Shown here one piece after another: positions 22,117-35,595 of a stretch of 64,000 nt of DNA. The stretch lies in the NCBI RefSeq assembly GCF_018977255.1, contig NW_024704742.1, positions 59,646,001 to 59,710,000 on the forward strand. The letters run 5' to 3'. The translations under genes were made by a program, and so were the position numbers. The notes under the pieces were generated by a model. That model saw only the letters and a program-made list of their open reading frames with translations. It did not search any database and was not told where the DNA came from. The first letter of the stretch is position 1. Every line of letters begins with the position of its first letter. This stretch comes from Callorhinchus milii. Lineage: Eukaryota.

Positions 22117-23125
22117 CAACAACAACAAGAATAAAATTGCATTTGCATAGCACCTTTCATGTCAGGAGGACATCCCAATGCGCTGGACCATCACTGTTTC
22201 GGAACGGAGCTGGGGTTTGGGATGGGGAAGGGTGGAGGGGAATGAGGGTGACCAAAGGCATGGGCGAAGAGGAAGGTCTTGAGACAGATCTTGAAAAATG
22301 CAAGTAAAAGGACATTCTATCAGGATAGCAGTGGTCATGGAGTTGAGGGTGGAGGCAGAGCGGTACCATTGGGTGTCATCCACATGCATGTGGATGTTAA
22401 CCCCATGTCTGTGGAGGATGTCACCAAGTGTAAGTATATAGATATTGAAGAGGAGGGGACCAAGGACAGATCTCTGATGAATACCACAAGACTGTGCGGG
22501 GGCTAGAGGAGAAACTGTTTGTGGAGATGAGGAGGAGATGGTGTGAGAAGTAGGATTTCAACCACTCAAGGACAAAAACCATGAAGGTTGAGGTGAGAAG
22601 CGAGGATGTGGAGGAGGATAGAGTAGTCAACGGTATCGAAGGCAGCAGGGAGCTCAAGGAGGATGAGGAGGCAGAGGGAGTCCTGATCACAGATGGACAA
22701 AATGTCATTTGTCACTTTGACCAAAGCTGTTTCTGTGCTGTGGGTGGCATGGAAACACGATTGGAGGGTTTAGTGAAGGAAGTGGTGGGAGAGGAAGGAG
22801 CGAAGCTGGGAAGCAACGTATTATTCTGGGACCTTGGAAAGGAAAGTTGGCGATGGGGCAGTTATTTGAGAGCGGGGATGGGTCCAGGAGGGTTTTTTAA
22901 GATAGGAGTGTTGACGGCCTTTTCAAGGAAATTCAGTATCAACTCACAGTTGGCGTTGGAGGTGAGGATGGGTGAGGCATGAGAGGGTGGGCAGAGGAGC
23001 TGATTGGTGATGGAGAAGAGGAGCCTGGGTTTGTCCTTGGCCTCCAAGAAGTAGAAGGACAATTTAGCAGATGCGAGGGCAGAGCGGTAAGTTTTGATAA
23101 GGTCCAGCCAGATCTGCCGATGGAC
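22117..23125 (-). mobile_element. L2 LINE fragment (partial RT plus 3' tail, internal deletions)
   Basis: Minus ORFs EAKDKPRLLFSITNQLL, HVDDTQ (YADDTQ decayed); (caa)n tail near 22117-22130. Confidence 0.9.
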
Positions 23126-23219
23126 TGTTAAATTAGATTTGAGCCAGGTGTATTCATCCCATCCCTAAATTGTCATAAACTTTTGCAAGAGTCTTTGTGA
23201 GCTTGATTATCTTGGTGTT

Positions 23220-23462
23220 CGAATCTTTTGCCAATTCACGTCAACAGAAGGGAGTTTGTCCCAGTGTCCGAGCCAACAATTTCCCAGATAAAATTGGTCA
23301 TTCATGGCTGTGTGCAAACTAGCTACTGTTTTTGCCCACAAAAACACAGTCATTGTACTGTACAGTGAATCATTTGAAGCGCTGTGAGATGTCCTTCCGA
23401 TGTGAAAGGAGCTTTGCCAAATGTAGGAATTTTTTTATGATCAAAGGATTATTATTATTACG
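23220..23462 (+). mobile_element. Deu-type SINE 3' part
   Basis: ccagtgtccgagccaacaat..aaattggtcattcatggctg..gtgaaagg..(tta)n; opposite-strand SINE tails follow at about 23590-23860. Confidence 0.7.
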
Positions 23463-24149
23463 AATTGGATTGTGTGAAGTATTTTGAGGTCAAGTGCCAC
23501 GGTTGTTCATAAGGAGGCATGGAGTAGAATATGCCAGCAAATACCAACCAGAATGTATTAACTATTTGCTGAAGAATTCAATTGATAGATAATAATAATC
23601 CTTATATTTGGTGTAGAGCCATTCACATTGAGATCACTCAAAACTCTTCGCAGGATATACTGTAAAACATAGTGACTGTGTTCTTTGTAGGTAAACATAT
23701 AATATAATAATCGTCATATGTTAACATAGTGCCTTTCATGTTGGGAGGATGTCTCAAAGTGCTTCACAGCATACATTGTTAAATGCAGTGTCTGTGCATT
23801 TAATAGGCTTTGTTGCAGCAAAATCCTAAAACACTCGTAAAATTAATGACCAATTTGCATAATAGAATATGACCATTGATCTCATTATGTTTGCGCTGGT
23901 GTGAGTTTTCACTCTGCCCACCCCCAATTAGAGCTACTATATTATAGCACCACCACTCTAATCCGGTTCCCCTGTCCTATATATTCTTTTCAGATTATTT
24001 CAACTCAAGCATTTATCCCAAAACATTTTAAATATTTTTAATCTTGATTTGGCTTCAATAACTATTCCATATTCCAACAACCCTTTTTTTTCTTCTGGTG
24101 ACAATCCTGAACTTATTAAATGCCTATTTATTAAGTGATTATTGCACGG

Positions 24150-25200
24150 GTATGATTCAAGTCTTACTTAACCAATCGCCTCCACTTCATCTCGGCAAAT
24201 GGTTTCTCCTCCCAGTCACCCTCCCAGTACACTAGGGCTCCATCCTTGACCTTCATTGTTTCCTCATCTATATGCTCCCTCTTGGCAATGCATCAACAGA
24301 CACTGGGTAAACTTCCACATGTATGCAGATGACACACAAATCTACTTTGTCTCCTCCAGGTCCACTGATGTTCTATCAGTTTGTCTGTTGAGAACAAACT
24401 TTCTGCAGCTGAATGTGGACAAGACGGAAACATAATCCTTGGCTCTCATCAACATCTGCACTCCTGTGGATCTAAACTCTTCAACTTCCCTGGGCTCTCC
24501 CTCAAACTGACCAAACCAGTGCGCAATCTAGGCATCTGGTTCGACCCCCAATTGTCCTTCCTCCCCCACATCCGATCCCTGACCTGGACCACCTTCTTCC
24601 ACCTCTGCCACATTGCCCGCCTCCGATCGAAACTTACTCCAAATGCAGCCGAAAGCCTCATGCATGCATTTGTCACATCCTGCTTAGATTACTCAAATGC
24701 ACTCCTCTCCATTCTCCCCAGCTCCACAATTCAAAAGCTCCAGCCCACATATTGACCCAGACCACACTCCATACCCACATCTCACTAGTTCTGGACAGGT
24801 ACCACTATCTCCCCATCACCGAATGAATCGATTTGAAGATCCTCACACTCGTGTTCAAATCCCTTCACTCCGTGGCACCTCTCCAACCTCCTCACTCCCC
24901 AATCGACCACCCGGCTCCTCCACTCAACTGGCACCCGACTCCTGCTCATCCCTCATACCCTTCGCTCCACCATTGGATGTTGCACTTCCAGCCACTACAT
25001 CCCGAAACTCTGGAACACACTCCCTCCGCCTTGCCACCTCTCTCCCCATTTTTCAAGTCCTGCCTGAAAACTTTCCTTTTCGATTGTGCTTATTGATCAC
25101 CTTCCTCCTCCTTGGCTCGGAGTCAGGCTCTGCCACTGTTAAGTGCTCTGAGACTCTACCCTTTACAGAGGGCACCATATAAGTGCAATTTGTTGTTGTT
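24150..25200 (+). mobile_element. L2 LINE 3' half
   Basis: FHMYADDTQIY at 24313-24345, KPVRNLGIWFDPQLSF, HAFVTSCLDYSNALL, KILTLVFKSLH, FKSCLKTFLF, (ttg)n tail. Confidence 0.93.
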
Positions 25201-26395
25201 GGATCTCATGATTAGAAATAATCTCTTCCTGTTCAACATAAAAACATTCAATCTTTCCTCGTTTCCTGCGAAAATGGTCTAAATGTGTAATGTCTCTTCA
25301 CATACTTATGGCTTCTCATCTCTGTCAATATACTGATTCCCATCGCCGCATATCTCATGCAGAAAGTCAGCATTTTTCATTTGGGGAGGGGGAAACACAA
25401 GTGCTGTTGCGCATTTTAAGAGAAGAACCAACAAAATATCACAAGACAACTTTAAATGAAGAAAGCTTTTTCGTCCATTTGACCTTGTCCTTTCAGAACC
25501 CAACTATCCTCCCAAACTTCATCAAAGTAAATGGAGGGACTGTGGAAAAGACTAAGCCAAAGGGTTTGAAAGTACAGGTCCTTTGAGCTACTTCTCAAAG
25601 AAGGATTTGATGGAGGTGACATCAAAGTTTGTGTCAGGGAAGAAGGTCATGGATCTCAAAATGGATACTATTTATTAATCTATTCTTTAGGTGTTAGAAA
25701 CATTGCACCAGTTGGTGTTCACAATGCCTGTGAGGATGAGATCAAGGACATCTACATTCAATAACAGTTTTGCTCTTTGTTTCCTGTGAGATGAATAGAT
25801 GAAGCAAGTCCATTATGCAAACTTATACTGTTAAATATGTTGCTTTTACTTTATTCTTTGAAAATGGTGAATCTGTAACTGTCAGTAAAATTACTTTCAG
25901 AAGCATCAAGTAAGCAGGGCAAGGTGACAAGTTCAAGACTGCCCTCCAGTCTGTTACAAAGAGCAACAGTCAGACTGATATCAGTGAGTATTTCTTTCCA
26001 TGTAGGTTAGTCAACAACTGGAACTGTTTATCAGGAAGGGTTGCCTTGAAGCCACATCACTTGGCTCATTTGAAAAACAGCTTGAAGCTGCAATGGGTGG
26101 ACTTAAGGATTCATGTTAAGAAAAACTACAGCCTAGTAGATTTTGAGCCATTAGTGTCAAATTAACTGACATTAGTGTCAGCGATTCTGGATAGTTGAGA
26201 TGAAATATCTAAAGGCCCTTTTTCGTCAAAAGTCTGATGTGATCATGTGATGATAATAACACAGGAGCACATAAAACAGATGAAACTGCTACATCATTAT
26301 CAAGCCCGTCGTCTCCATTTAACAATTGTTGTACAAGCGAATATCAACTCAGAAAAAAATAACAGATCTATCCAACAATTTTCATTTTAACTCAC

Positions 26396-26440
26396 CACAG
26401 TTATGCTGTACCCAGAGTAGACTAAATATATGCAGTTTCA
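26396..26440 (-). CDS. Candidate 45-nt internal exon of an unidentified gene
   Basis: Minus strand tttctcttgttttag | exon | gtgagt; open only in phase 1-1 (KLHIFSLLWVQHNC). No homology recognised. Confidence 0.3.
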
Positions 26441-27359
26441 CTAAAACAAGAGAAATTACTATGGAAACCATGCTAATCATCCTTGGGTAACAGGCGTTTT
26501 CTGCAGAGTACGTGGGAAGAGACCAGAACATTTAACTCAGCACAACTGCGGCAAGAAGTCAAAAGATACTAAATGGTAGAATCAAAGCGACCAAAACAAA
26601 ACTGGGAACAAAATCATAAAGGGAGATGTTTCCAATTTGTTTTCGAGTTGTTAAAAATGCTTTTGCAGTTACAAAGCAAACAGAACAGAATGAAAGAATA
26701 CGAATGAGAAAACAAAAAGCGGAGAAAATAACACAATCAAATGAGCAGAAATTAACTCTGTACTTTAATAATATTACCAAAAAAAGCAGCAATATTGTAT
26801 CTTATGTAAATATGAGAACCAAATATTACATATCTTTCTAATAGTTTCACTATTTTAATCATTTTCTCTTCAGTTACATTGTCAATAAAATTTAAATACA
26901 ATTACACACAATGGTAGCTTTCCACCAATTTAATACATCTGTTGGCCATTTATTTATTGCATTACTTTGCATTGCATTATAAGTCCATTCATAATCCTTT
27001 TTCTTTGCTTGTAAATGAGAAAATAGAAAAACAGTCGACAGTGATGGAATCATACTGGCTGTTGTACATGCCCAGCAGCGCTCCTTATGTTTCCACTGAA
27101 CTTACTGAATTGAGGCCACATGCGAGTCAGCAGGCAAGCATGCTCGGAGTGCATAGTATTTAAACTGCATTATCAGTGGGTTTTTGAGTGCAAGTTGAAG
27201 TTTGTACCAGTTAACTGAATCAATTTGCAAGCGCAGGAAATTTTGGTTCTGTAACTAAAAAGAAATCGGGGAGCTAAGTTCCAATATTTGTTTCTATATT
27301 TCTTAATAAGAAACATGCAGTTGTGAGGAACTATGATGTGTAGTACTAAAACGTTATCA

Positions 27360-27605
27360 ACCTGCCTGCTCCCTCCGCTCAGCAGGCACTAGGCTGCTCC
27401 ATGTCCCCTGCCCTCTGGAAATCCTCCCTTGCCTCCTTCAAGGCCCATCTCAATACCTCCCTCTTTGACTGTGCCTTTGATGATGCTTCCACCTTCACCT
27501 CCCTTGACTTCAACTCCCAGCTTGGGTGCAAATCCGTCATTGCCCAGTTCCTTGGGAGGTTCTCCCGACATAAAAGCCACTATACAAATGCAATTTGTTG
27601 TTGTT
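27360..27605 (+). mobile_element. L2 3' end
   Basis: SLASFKAHLNTSLFDCAF and (ttg)n tail. Confidence 0.82.
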
Positions 27606-27639
27606 TTAGTGAATAGAGTTGCAAACTATGGACAAGAAT

Positions 27640-27935
27640 GTCACCTGTTCGAAGCCAGCCGGGGCTGACATTAATTGGCTTAGGGTCAGGAAGTGTAAAA
27701 TCAAACAGGATTCCTGCTTCTCAGCCCACTTCAACAACCTCTGGTGGTTGGGTATATGGTAGAGAGTGATCAGGCTTAAATGTGATGTCCTCTAGAGTCA
27801 AGTGGTTTGTGAAGATCCACTGCCAAGACTCACACATAAACAGTGGCCACTTGGTTGACATAGTGAATGTACCCACACCTCAGCAAGTGAAACTCTGGGG
27901 CAGGAGCAGCTAATGGGGAGAAAATGAGAAAATAA
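27640..27935 (+). repeat. Old interspersed repeat (SINE-like relic)
   Basis: caggattcctgcttc..ggct..tgtgatg..ctcacacat..tggccacttgg..ggggagaaaa resembles an ancient cartilaginous-fish repeat recalled from memory; family not named. Confidence 0.4.
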
Positions 27936-28334
27936 TTGGAAATACTATTTTTCTTTTAAAAAAAACTGTAATTATTAAACATCTAAAGCATTGAAGAATC
28001 CATTAACTTTTTTTTAATTTCCAATGTGCTGAATACTGCATTCTTCAACATGCTATCACATTCTTCATTGTGATAATACCCATTTCTAATTAAGAATTCT
28101 GTTAAGATATCCTGCAAATTAAACTCCAATATTGGATGCATTTTACAATAATACTATAATCCTTGCATTTCATAAAGCAAGACATCTTTCACAGGTAGTC
28201 ATGTTTGTGTCAGCAAACACAGCAGCCAACTTGCCACAGTATTATCTCACAAACAACCATGTAGTGAATTTTATTTGGGGGATTGTTGGCCAGAATATAT
28301 ATTCTGATGTCTATCCTGAAATTGGAATTCACAA

Positions 28335-28825
28335 AGTAATATTCCTTGCATTTGATTCAATGCTTTATCACATTATTGAGATGTCTCAAAGCACTTCACA
28401 ATATTTCTGTGACCGCAGTGACTGTGTACAGCAATCTCCCACAAATAGCTTTTTGGGGGGTCAGCTGAGGATCTGTCACATGCAAAAAAACATCACCATG
28501 CTTCAGAGTATCCAAACTAAGCAGAGAGTTCCCGAAACAAACAGCCATGAAGTGAATGACCAAAAATATCTGAAGAATTGTTGGTGGGACACCGGCTGAA
28601 ATTCCTTTCTCTTTTCAATATTGAACTGCAGACAGGTTCTCAGTTTAACATCTCATCTGGTATTACGTCTTATCGGTAGGACAGCAACACCAACAATTCA
28701 GCCCTCTGGCAGTACTACACCAGAGTGTTAGCCTATATTATGAACTGAAAGTCATGACTTGAAGTTTGAACTCACAATTTCCTAATCCAGAGGCCAGAAT
28801 GCTACCAATTTAACCAATTTGACAT
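28335..28825 (-). mobile_element. Deu-domain SINE, interrupted at 28450-28536
   Basis: Tail aatattccttgcatttg, Deu core gtttaacatctcatct..agagtgttagcc, head tttgaactcacaa..ccagaggc..gctaccaa. Confidence 0.8.
28450..28536 (-). mobile_element. 87-bp retroposed 3' terminus related to the 1374-3125 element
   Basis: Gap-free 57/75 match to 1384-1458; T5 tract; 9-bp TSD acaaatagc (28441-28449) / acaaacagc (28537-28545). Confidence 0.8.
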
Positions 28826-29359
28826 CTGATATGTTCATGCTGGTGAATGATATCAGGTTGATGCTGACATCTCCTACTTACACATTTTCTTTATTTTCCC
28901 TTTTGCGTTATAACTCTCAAATCATCATATATTCTGCCCACTGCACATTTTCCTAGATTGGTACCACTAAATTAGATTGGATGGAGAATTTTCCCTGAGT
29001 AACACATGTGGAGATGTTTTAAACATGAAATTATTTTAACTGGCCTCACTGGTTGCTACGAGAAAGCACAGCTGGAAACTTTCTTCACTGTCATGCCTCC
29101 AACTGTGCCTATTGGGAAATGCATCAGACAGAAATAAAACAAATTAAACAGGACTTTCAAACAACTTTGGACACACAACCATCCTTATTGCTGTGCATGT
29201 TGAAATCCTATTGAACATTTCAAATGGAGCAAATTTCACAGATTCACTGAATGTTGCAGAGTCCACAATATGTCAAACAATGTATTCTTCTCCACTGCCT
29301 TTCCTCTTATCTCCACCTTCATGGATCTGTCCTTGAACAGTAGTATTCCAGAAAAAGCC

Positions 29360-29630
29360 ATCAAGTGAATGACCAGTGTTATTTAGAGGATTGTTGGTCA
29401 AAACATTGGGAGAAACTCTCTTCCCTTTTCAAATAGTGTCATGGGATCTTTATCACCCACTTGATGGGGGCTTGGTTTAACATCTCATCTAGAGCATCAT
29501 CTTTAACAAAGGAGCACATCTCCAGCACTGCATTGAAGTGTCAATTCAGACAATATGAGTTCCAAGTCCCAACATGGGACGTTAACCCACTGACTCAGAA
29601 GCAAGAGTCCTAACGCTGAGCCAAACTGAT
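29360..29630 (-). mobile_element. Deu-domain SINE
   Basis: aatagtgtcatgggatcttt, ggtttaacatctcatc, tgactcagaagcaagagt..ctgagcca head. Confidence 0.85.
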
Positions 29631-31019
29631 GAATAATTTAACGTTTAATCCTAAGTCAGCGGCTTCAACAGTGCAGTTGTCTACAAACCTGGGCAAATTT
29701 GTAGAGAGAGTTGGCAATGTTTTAAACTCGGTCGGTATTTGGCAAGCCAGTTTTTTTCTTTGAATAACTGGCTTGCAAATTGAGATTTAATTTAAGGAAT
29801 CTCTGAAAATTTGGCCTGATCTTAAATTAGGTTAGGTTACAATTTGTGAAGCCAGACACCAATCAATCTGCAGCCAATTAGACTCCTCAATTCCTGACCC
29901 ATCAATATCATAACAGTTGCCTACAGTACTACACCTACTTTGGAACAGGCCTGTTCCATTTAACTTCTGTTCATTGAAGTTACAGTTAAAATATTATAAC
30001 AAACAGATGCTTGTGGACACAGAACAATTTTTCAACAGGCAGGACTATTGCCATCTCAAATGATATCTAAGGATTATCTCATATTATAGAATGGATTCAG
30101 ATTTTTGTGAACTTGTGTCAAATTATATTGTCTGAACATATTTGTACAGGTACTAGGGACAATATTTTTGTTGATAATTCTGTCTGTGGTTGTCTCCTCC
30201 AGTTTCAGTGCAAAGGGACAATCATTCGAGTGATGGAAAGATAGTATTGATAGATGTTCTCACTGGTTTTGAAAACAAAAAGCATCCGGCATTCCTCCCC
30301 AAATTATGCACTTCAAAGATAATTTTTTCCTGCTGTGTTGGTGGATTATTAACCCATAACACTTTTTGACCATGCTTTCAGTTGTATTTCCCCTCCTCAT
30401 CCTTTTGGCTTCCCCCCCAGCTCAGGTGCCCAGCCAGCAGTGTTAAGCACTTTCACATGTCCTCCTGTTGTGAAAGATACTATATAAATGTAAATAGTAT
30501 TGTGCTGAATTGTTTGCCCTTATGTCCAGGGGTTTTAACTTCTTAGCTCAAGATTTGTGATGCTGGAACAAAAATCAATATCGGAGGAACAAAGCAAAAT
30601 GAGAGTGGAAGTATATTGGGAGAGGCTTGCAGAGAGCAGGGCAAAGTGGCTGAAAATTTGGCTGGCATTTGTGAGCTGGAGAAGGTAGCAGATATGTTCC
30701 AGATCTGAGTTTACGGGATAGTGGGAGTAGTTGAATGAGTGTGACTGGAGGAGATCACACATGTAGGGTGGGGCAAGGGTGAAGAGGAAGTCTGGAAAAA
30801 TCAGAAACAGCTATTGGCAGTGTGAATTTAGGGTATTAGAGATAAAGAAAAATGTTGTTTTAAGAAAATGTTAGCACCCAGACTGATTCAATACATTGTT
30901 ATGCTAAATTGATGATATGATAAAGGACATTGAGATAACAATTACTTCAGACACTGATGAGTTACTTACCACATATCAATGTTAAAAAAAAGTATTACTT
31001 TTAACCATACAACATGATG

Positions 31020-31510
31020 GGAGCTGTTGGGAATGCTGTATTGTCAGAAGTGCCATTCTTCAGATGAGACATTAAAACCAAAGTCTGCTTGTTTAGATCC
31101 TCCGGTTAAAGACCCAATGGCAATATTCAAAAGAAAAAGGGGTTTCTTCCAGTGTCCAGCTCAAATATTCCCCAAATTGAAAAAATGGTCATTCATTTCA
31201 TGACTGTTTGTGGGACACTGCTATGGATAATTGGACTGCCACATTTGCCTACAAATACACAGTCAATCCAACTCACAGTGAATCATGTGAAGTGCTTTGA
31301 AACATCCTCCTGACATTAAGATGCTATACAAAATGTAAGGATTCTTATTATTATTACATGAATGCTAGTGGGACGTTGTTGTGTGTAGATTGCCTGTCAC
31401 ATTGGCTTCCAAAAACACAGTAACTACACTTTACAGTAAATCCCGTGTAGTGTTTCAGACGTTTTGACGATGTTATGAGGCATGATATCAAATGTAAGGA
31501 TTTTATTATT
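31020..31510 (+). mobile_element. Deu-domain SINE plus a second SINE 3' part
   Basis: gctgtattgtcagaagtgcc..cagatgagacattaaacc, aaagacccaatggca; tails ending near 31357 and 31510. Confidence 0.82.
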
Positions 31511-31829
31511 CTACTTTATTATTGATCTATGTTGGTGGAGTATTACTGATAATAATCTGACAACACAGAAAGAAAAACATTGTCTTTGAATTTCTCTGCT
31601 CAATTGAACAATTGCACTGATTTGGGAGGACCTGAAGTTGCCAGTGGATGATATTCTCCCAACTCCACTTTTTTTTATTTTTGCCATAAATAAACTGATT
31701 ATTCTGGCTCAGACACAATCTAATATCATCAACACCTGCAGCATGATCTGCACCCCCTGCACAGTCACTATATCACTTTTACCAGAAATAGTAGTTATCT
31801 CTCCTATATAGGTGTTTTAGCTGAATCAT

Positions 31830-32110
31830 CGCTCACCATGTCAAAACAGTGTGAGGCAGCAATAAACAAGACAAACAGCATGTCAGCTATATTGTCAAAT
31901 TAGTTGAGTTCAGATGTCCAGCTCAAGCTAATAAAGTGCCCTGACTAGCCACACCTAGACTACTGAGTTCTGGTTGCTGCAACATGCGAGAGCTGCCCAA
32001 GATCTTGAGGCAATTCAGAGGAAAAAAATGAGGCTAATCCCTACCTTTAGAGGAATGAACTACAAGCATTAACTAGATAAGCTAGGACCATGTAAAACCT
32101 GAAGAAGACG
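31830..32110 (+). mobile_element. Old CR1 ORF2 relic
   Basis: Degenerate QC.AAINK.N.M, L.RPHLDY..FW, LEAIQR..RLIP..RGMNY..L.KLG motifs. Confidence 0.6.
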
Positions 32111-32689
32111 AGGACAAAATTTAATAAGCCATTTTGTACATCATCAAACATGAATTGCAGTACAGCTTTCCATTATCTATAGAATTGGATAATCTAATGC
32201 CAGTAACTTCATCAAGGTCATTTTCTGATGGTTTTCTGATCAGTTATTGCCTGCACTCATCTCATCAGAAACACTGCATTGTTGTTCTCATGATCAGTTA
32301 GATAATGAATCTTTACACGTATCTTTCTCGATGCTTCATTTAGAATCTCAATCTCACCCATGGAGGTAAAAGAAGAAACACTTGGCTGATTTTTTTTGAA
32401 AAGAGTAGGGAGTCATCATTCATGAAAGGGAATTTAGAATTCTGAGTTACCTGGCTTTATTAGGCTGGATATATTTTAAAAGTTACTTAATTATTCTTCA
32501 ACTACTTAGTTTATAATTAAGTCAACCTTGCCAATTGAAATGAATAGGCAATAATAGCAAGTTATCCAATCAGTGGTTTAAATGTTAACCGCTCTGTTTA
32601 CATCAGTAAAATATTAGACACAAAATACGACTTGCATTTTAAATAACCCATGTAACTTTGAAATGTGTTTCACAAGTAACTGTTGTAAG

Positions 32690-32930
32690 TGCAGTGAATT
32701 TATATTTAAATGCAAATTCAGTAGCCGATTTGCATGCAGCAAAGTCCCAGAACGAGCTTTGATGTGAATCAACAATTTATTTGGAGTATTGATGGCCATC
32801 TGTTTTCTAATTGTGGGACTCTTAACTTCCACCTAAAGAGTCAGATAGGATCTCAGTTTAATGTCTCATCCGAAGAATAGCACCTTCGACACTGCAGTAT
32901 TCCCTCTGTACTACAATCAGTGTAGCCAAG
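32690..32930 (-). mobile_element. Deu-domain SINE fragment
   Basis: ctcagtttaatgtctcatccgaagaatagcaccttcgacactgcagtattccctc. Confidence 0.8.
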
Positions 32931-33924
32931 CTGATACCAGTGTTACACTACAAATCAAATAAAATGCCTGTTGACTTTAAAATGCTCAGGCTATAGCCTG
33001 ACAAAAACACATTTTCCTTTTGAAATATAACTTTAGTCCCACAGAAGAATGAAACAATTATTAACCTTTTTTAAGGTTATAAAATAAACAATTGCCAAAC
33101 AAGTAACATTGTGGCTTGAAATGCAAAAAAAAATGCATTCAGTGATAGTTCTTATAACCCAGTCTCAGTCACAAGCTTACCACCACAGTCTTCACAGCAG
33201 TCAATATTTATTTAATACCGCATTGATTTCATGAATGTAGAGCAATTATTTTGACAGATTACAGTACTTCTTGATCACAAGCTACAAATTAGCACTCAGT
33301 ATTGAACAGAACAGAAACTACTTTTATGATGCATTTGTCTGGTTCCAAAGTAGATCAAATCCTTTTCTCTCCCACCTTCTCACTCTCTCTCAAATTCCTC
33401 AAAAAAAAATTCCTCACCAAATAGCTTGCAAATTCCTTCTTGAATTTGCTGGCACAATCTGCCTCCATTGCCTCCTTAAGTAATCCATTCCACATTCCCC
33501 AACGTCTGTGTAAAGTAATTAAATCTAAATCTTCCCTCTTCTGAGATTGAGCTCCCTTTACACCCCCTCCACACCAATAAAGCCTTGGAGCCTACAAGTT
33601 GTACGGTAGTGATAAACATACTGGTATCAGTTTGAGAGTTAACACATACTCCAGTGTACTACATAAGGGTAGCAGCTGAGAAGCTGGAACTGAAGGGGAT
33701 AATCAAGGGAGAAAGGGTGTATAGTATGAGTATGAATAGATCCAGGGAACCTGTCTGTGATAAACTGTTTAGTTAGATAGTGCAGATGCCAAATTATGTG
33801 GTTTGTCTTATTTAATTTACACCCACCTCAGACTGCACCTACTGGTGTTTTTCCCTTTGGATATTATCCATCATCATCATTCCCCAATCCAATCAAGATT
33901 AGGCTTAATGGTGGAAATTATTAT

Positions 33925-34190
33925 TGGTGGGAGAGCCTTCAGGCACTCTGCCCCCAACCTCTGGAATTACATCCCCCAGTCACACCGCCTCGCCCCCTCC
34001 TTAGCCTCCTTCAAATCCTGCCTCAAGACCCTCCTCTTTGAACATGCCATCAGCCACACCCCTTCCCTTCCCCTCCTTACTCCTTCCCTGACGCCAGCTC
34101 GGATCTGAAATACTGTACACTGTCCAGTGCCTTGGGATGTCCTCCCAATGTGAAAGGCGCTATACAAATGTAATCTTCCTGTTATTGTTG
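33925..34190 (+). mobile_element. L2 3' end
   Basis: GGRAFRHSAPNLWN..SLASFKSCLKTLLF; gccttgggatgtcctcccaatgtgaaaggcgctatacaaatgt tail. Confidence 0.9.
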
Positions 34191-34269
34191 TATCAGAAAA
34201 ACACAGATAAAACAAGCAGAAGAGAAGTGTACAAAAGTAAGATAAGGATCACAAAGGACGGAGAGATAA

Positions 34270-34512
34270 TAAAGGGGGATTTTAAGAAGAATTATTTTGC
34301 ATAGAGATTTGTGAGGATATGGTATGCCCTGCTTGGTTAAGTGGTCAAGATAGAATCCAAATTAGCTTCAAGAGGGAACTAAATAGATGTCTAAAAATGA
34401 GTAGTTTGCAGGGTTATGTAGAAAACGGAATTGAATTGATTGCTCTTTCAAAATGCCAGTATGGACACAATGGGTCGAAATGCCTTTTTCTGTAAAGCTC
34501 TCTGGTTCTCTT
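34270..34512 (+). mobile_element. CR1 3' end
   Basis: tttgcagggttatg..gaattgattgctctttcaaa..atgggtcgaaatgcct, like 10452-10586. Confidence 0.78.
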
Positions 34513-34514
34513 GT

Positions 34515-35595
34515 TAATAACAATAATCCTTGCATTTGTTATAGTACCTTTTATGTTGGGAGGATGTATCGAAGCTTCTTTACAGAAATTACTCTAAAGT
34601 GGAGATTTGGTGTGTTTTGGGGGTGGACTTGGTCATCCATTTTGTTAGAATTTACACTTTTTGTATAATGTTAGAATTATAATAGATGTTGCGAACGGGT
34701 TAACTTTTAAGTTAAGTGTGTTGTGGGCAGCTGGACTGAAACTCATGAGTTTACACCCAGGATCACGTGAGTGTCTCAAGGACAAGATGTGTACTACTGA
34801 CCTGCACGTATACGAGATAACGGACTTTCTCAAGGACAGTGTGTTTGTGTGTGTGAGGCACGTATATCCCATGAGATGTTCACGTGAACCCAGCATGATT
34901 TCGACCAGGTGATCTAATATCCACACCATGATTGGATGAACATTGGTATAAGAGTTCCGATAACTTTGTGTACGGGGCCATCCCGAGTCGTGGAGACTGA
35001 GAGCTAGAAACACTAAGACTGAGGATATCAGATGGAAGATTGAAAGCTGTAAGCAAGAAGACTGAAAGCATGAAGAATCAAACTTGTGTGCTGTAAAGAC
35101 ACAGTGTTGAACTCCTGAATTCGAGATATCTATAGTGGTGTTATTCTGTTATAAGATCTGTTGATTGTACCGGCCTTTGGTCTGACCCATCGGGATATTG
35201 GGGAATAACGAACGAATAATAATAAAACAGTCTGATATCTGGTTAGAGGAATTAGCGTTATTTCCTTACAGATTTGGCTGATTTTATTTTCTAACAATTT
35301 GCACATAGCAATGGCCTACAAACAACCATGAAACAAATAACCAATTTTATTAGAGGGATTGCTGACCAACAGAAACTTGCTTCTCTTTCTGAATAGTGTC
35401 ATGGGATCTTTAACATCCACCTGAACTGGAAAACAGCACCTCGGTTTAATTTCCTCCAAAAGATGGCACCTTCGACAATTCAGTACACCTCCAGCATTGC
35501 ACTATCAATATTCCAGCCTAAAATATGTGAGTTCAAGTCCCGACATAGGGATTGAATTCACAACCTTCTAACTCAGAGGCAAGAGTCCTAACAAG
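34515..35595 (-). mobile_element. Deu-domain SINE split by a solo LTR
   Basis: Tail at 34515-34600; Deu core and tRNA head at 35300-35595. Confidence 0.78.
34643..35270 (+). mobile_element. Solo LTR (628 bp)
   Basis: TGTTAG...CTTACA termini, 5-bp TSD cattt/gattt, ATTGG at 34931 and 34942, TATAAGA at 34947, AATAAA at 35221, CpGs retained. Confidence 0.85.

Noticed and set aside
25498..25586. + strand acceptor tcctttcag followed by NPTILPNFIKVNGGTVEKTKPKGLKVQ
   Set aside because: Donor (gtcctt) is poor and no homology was recognised.
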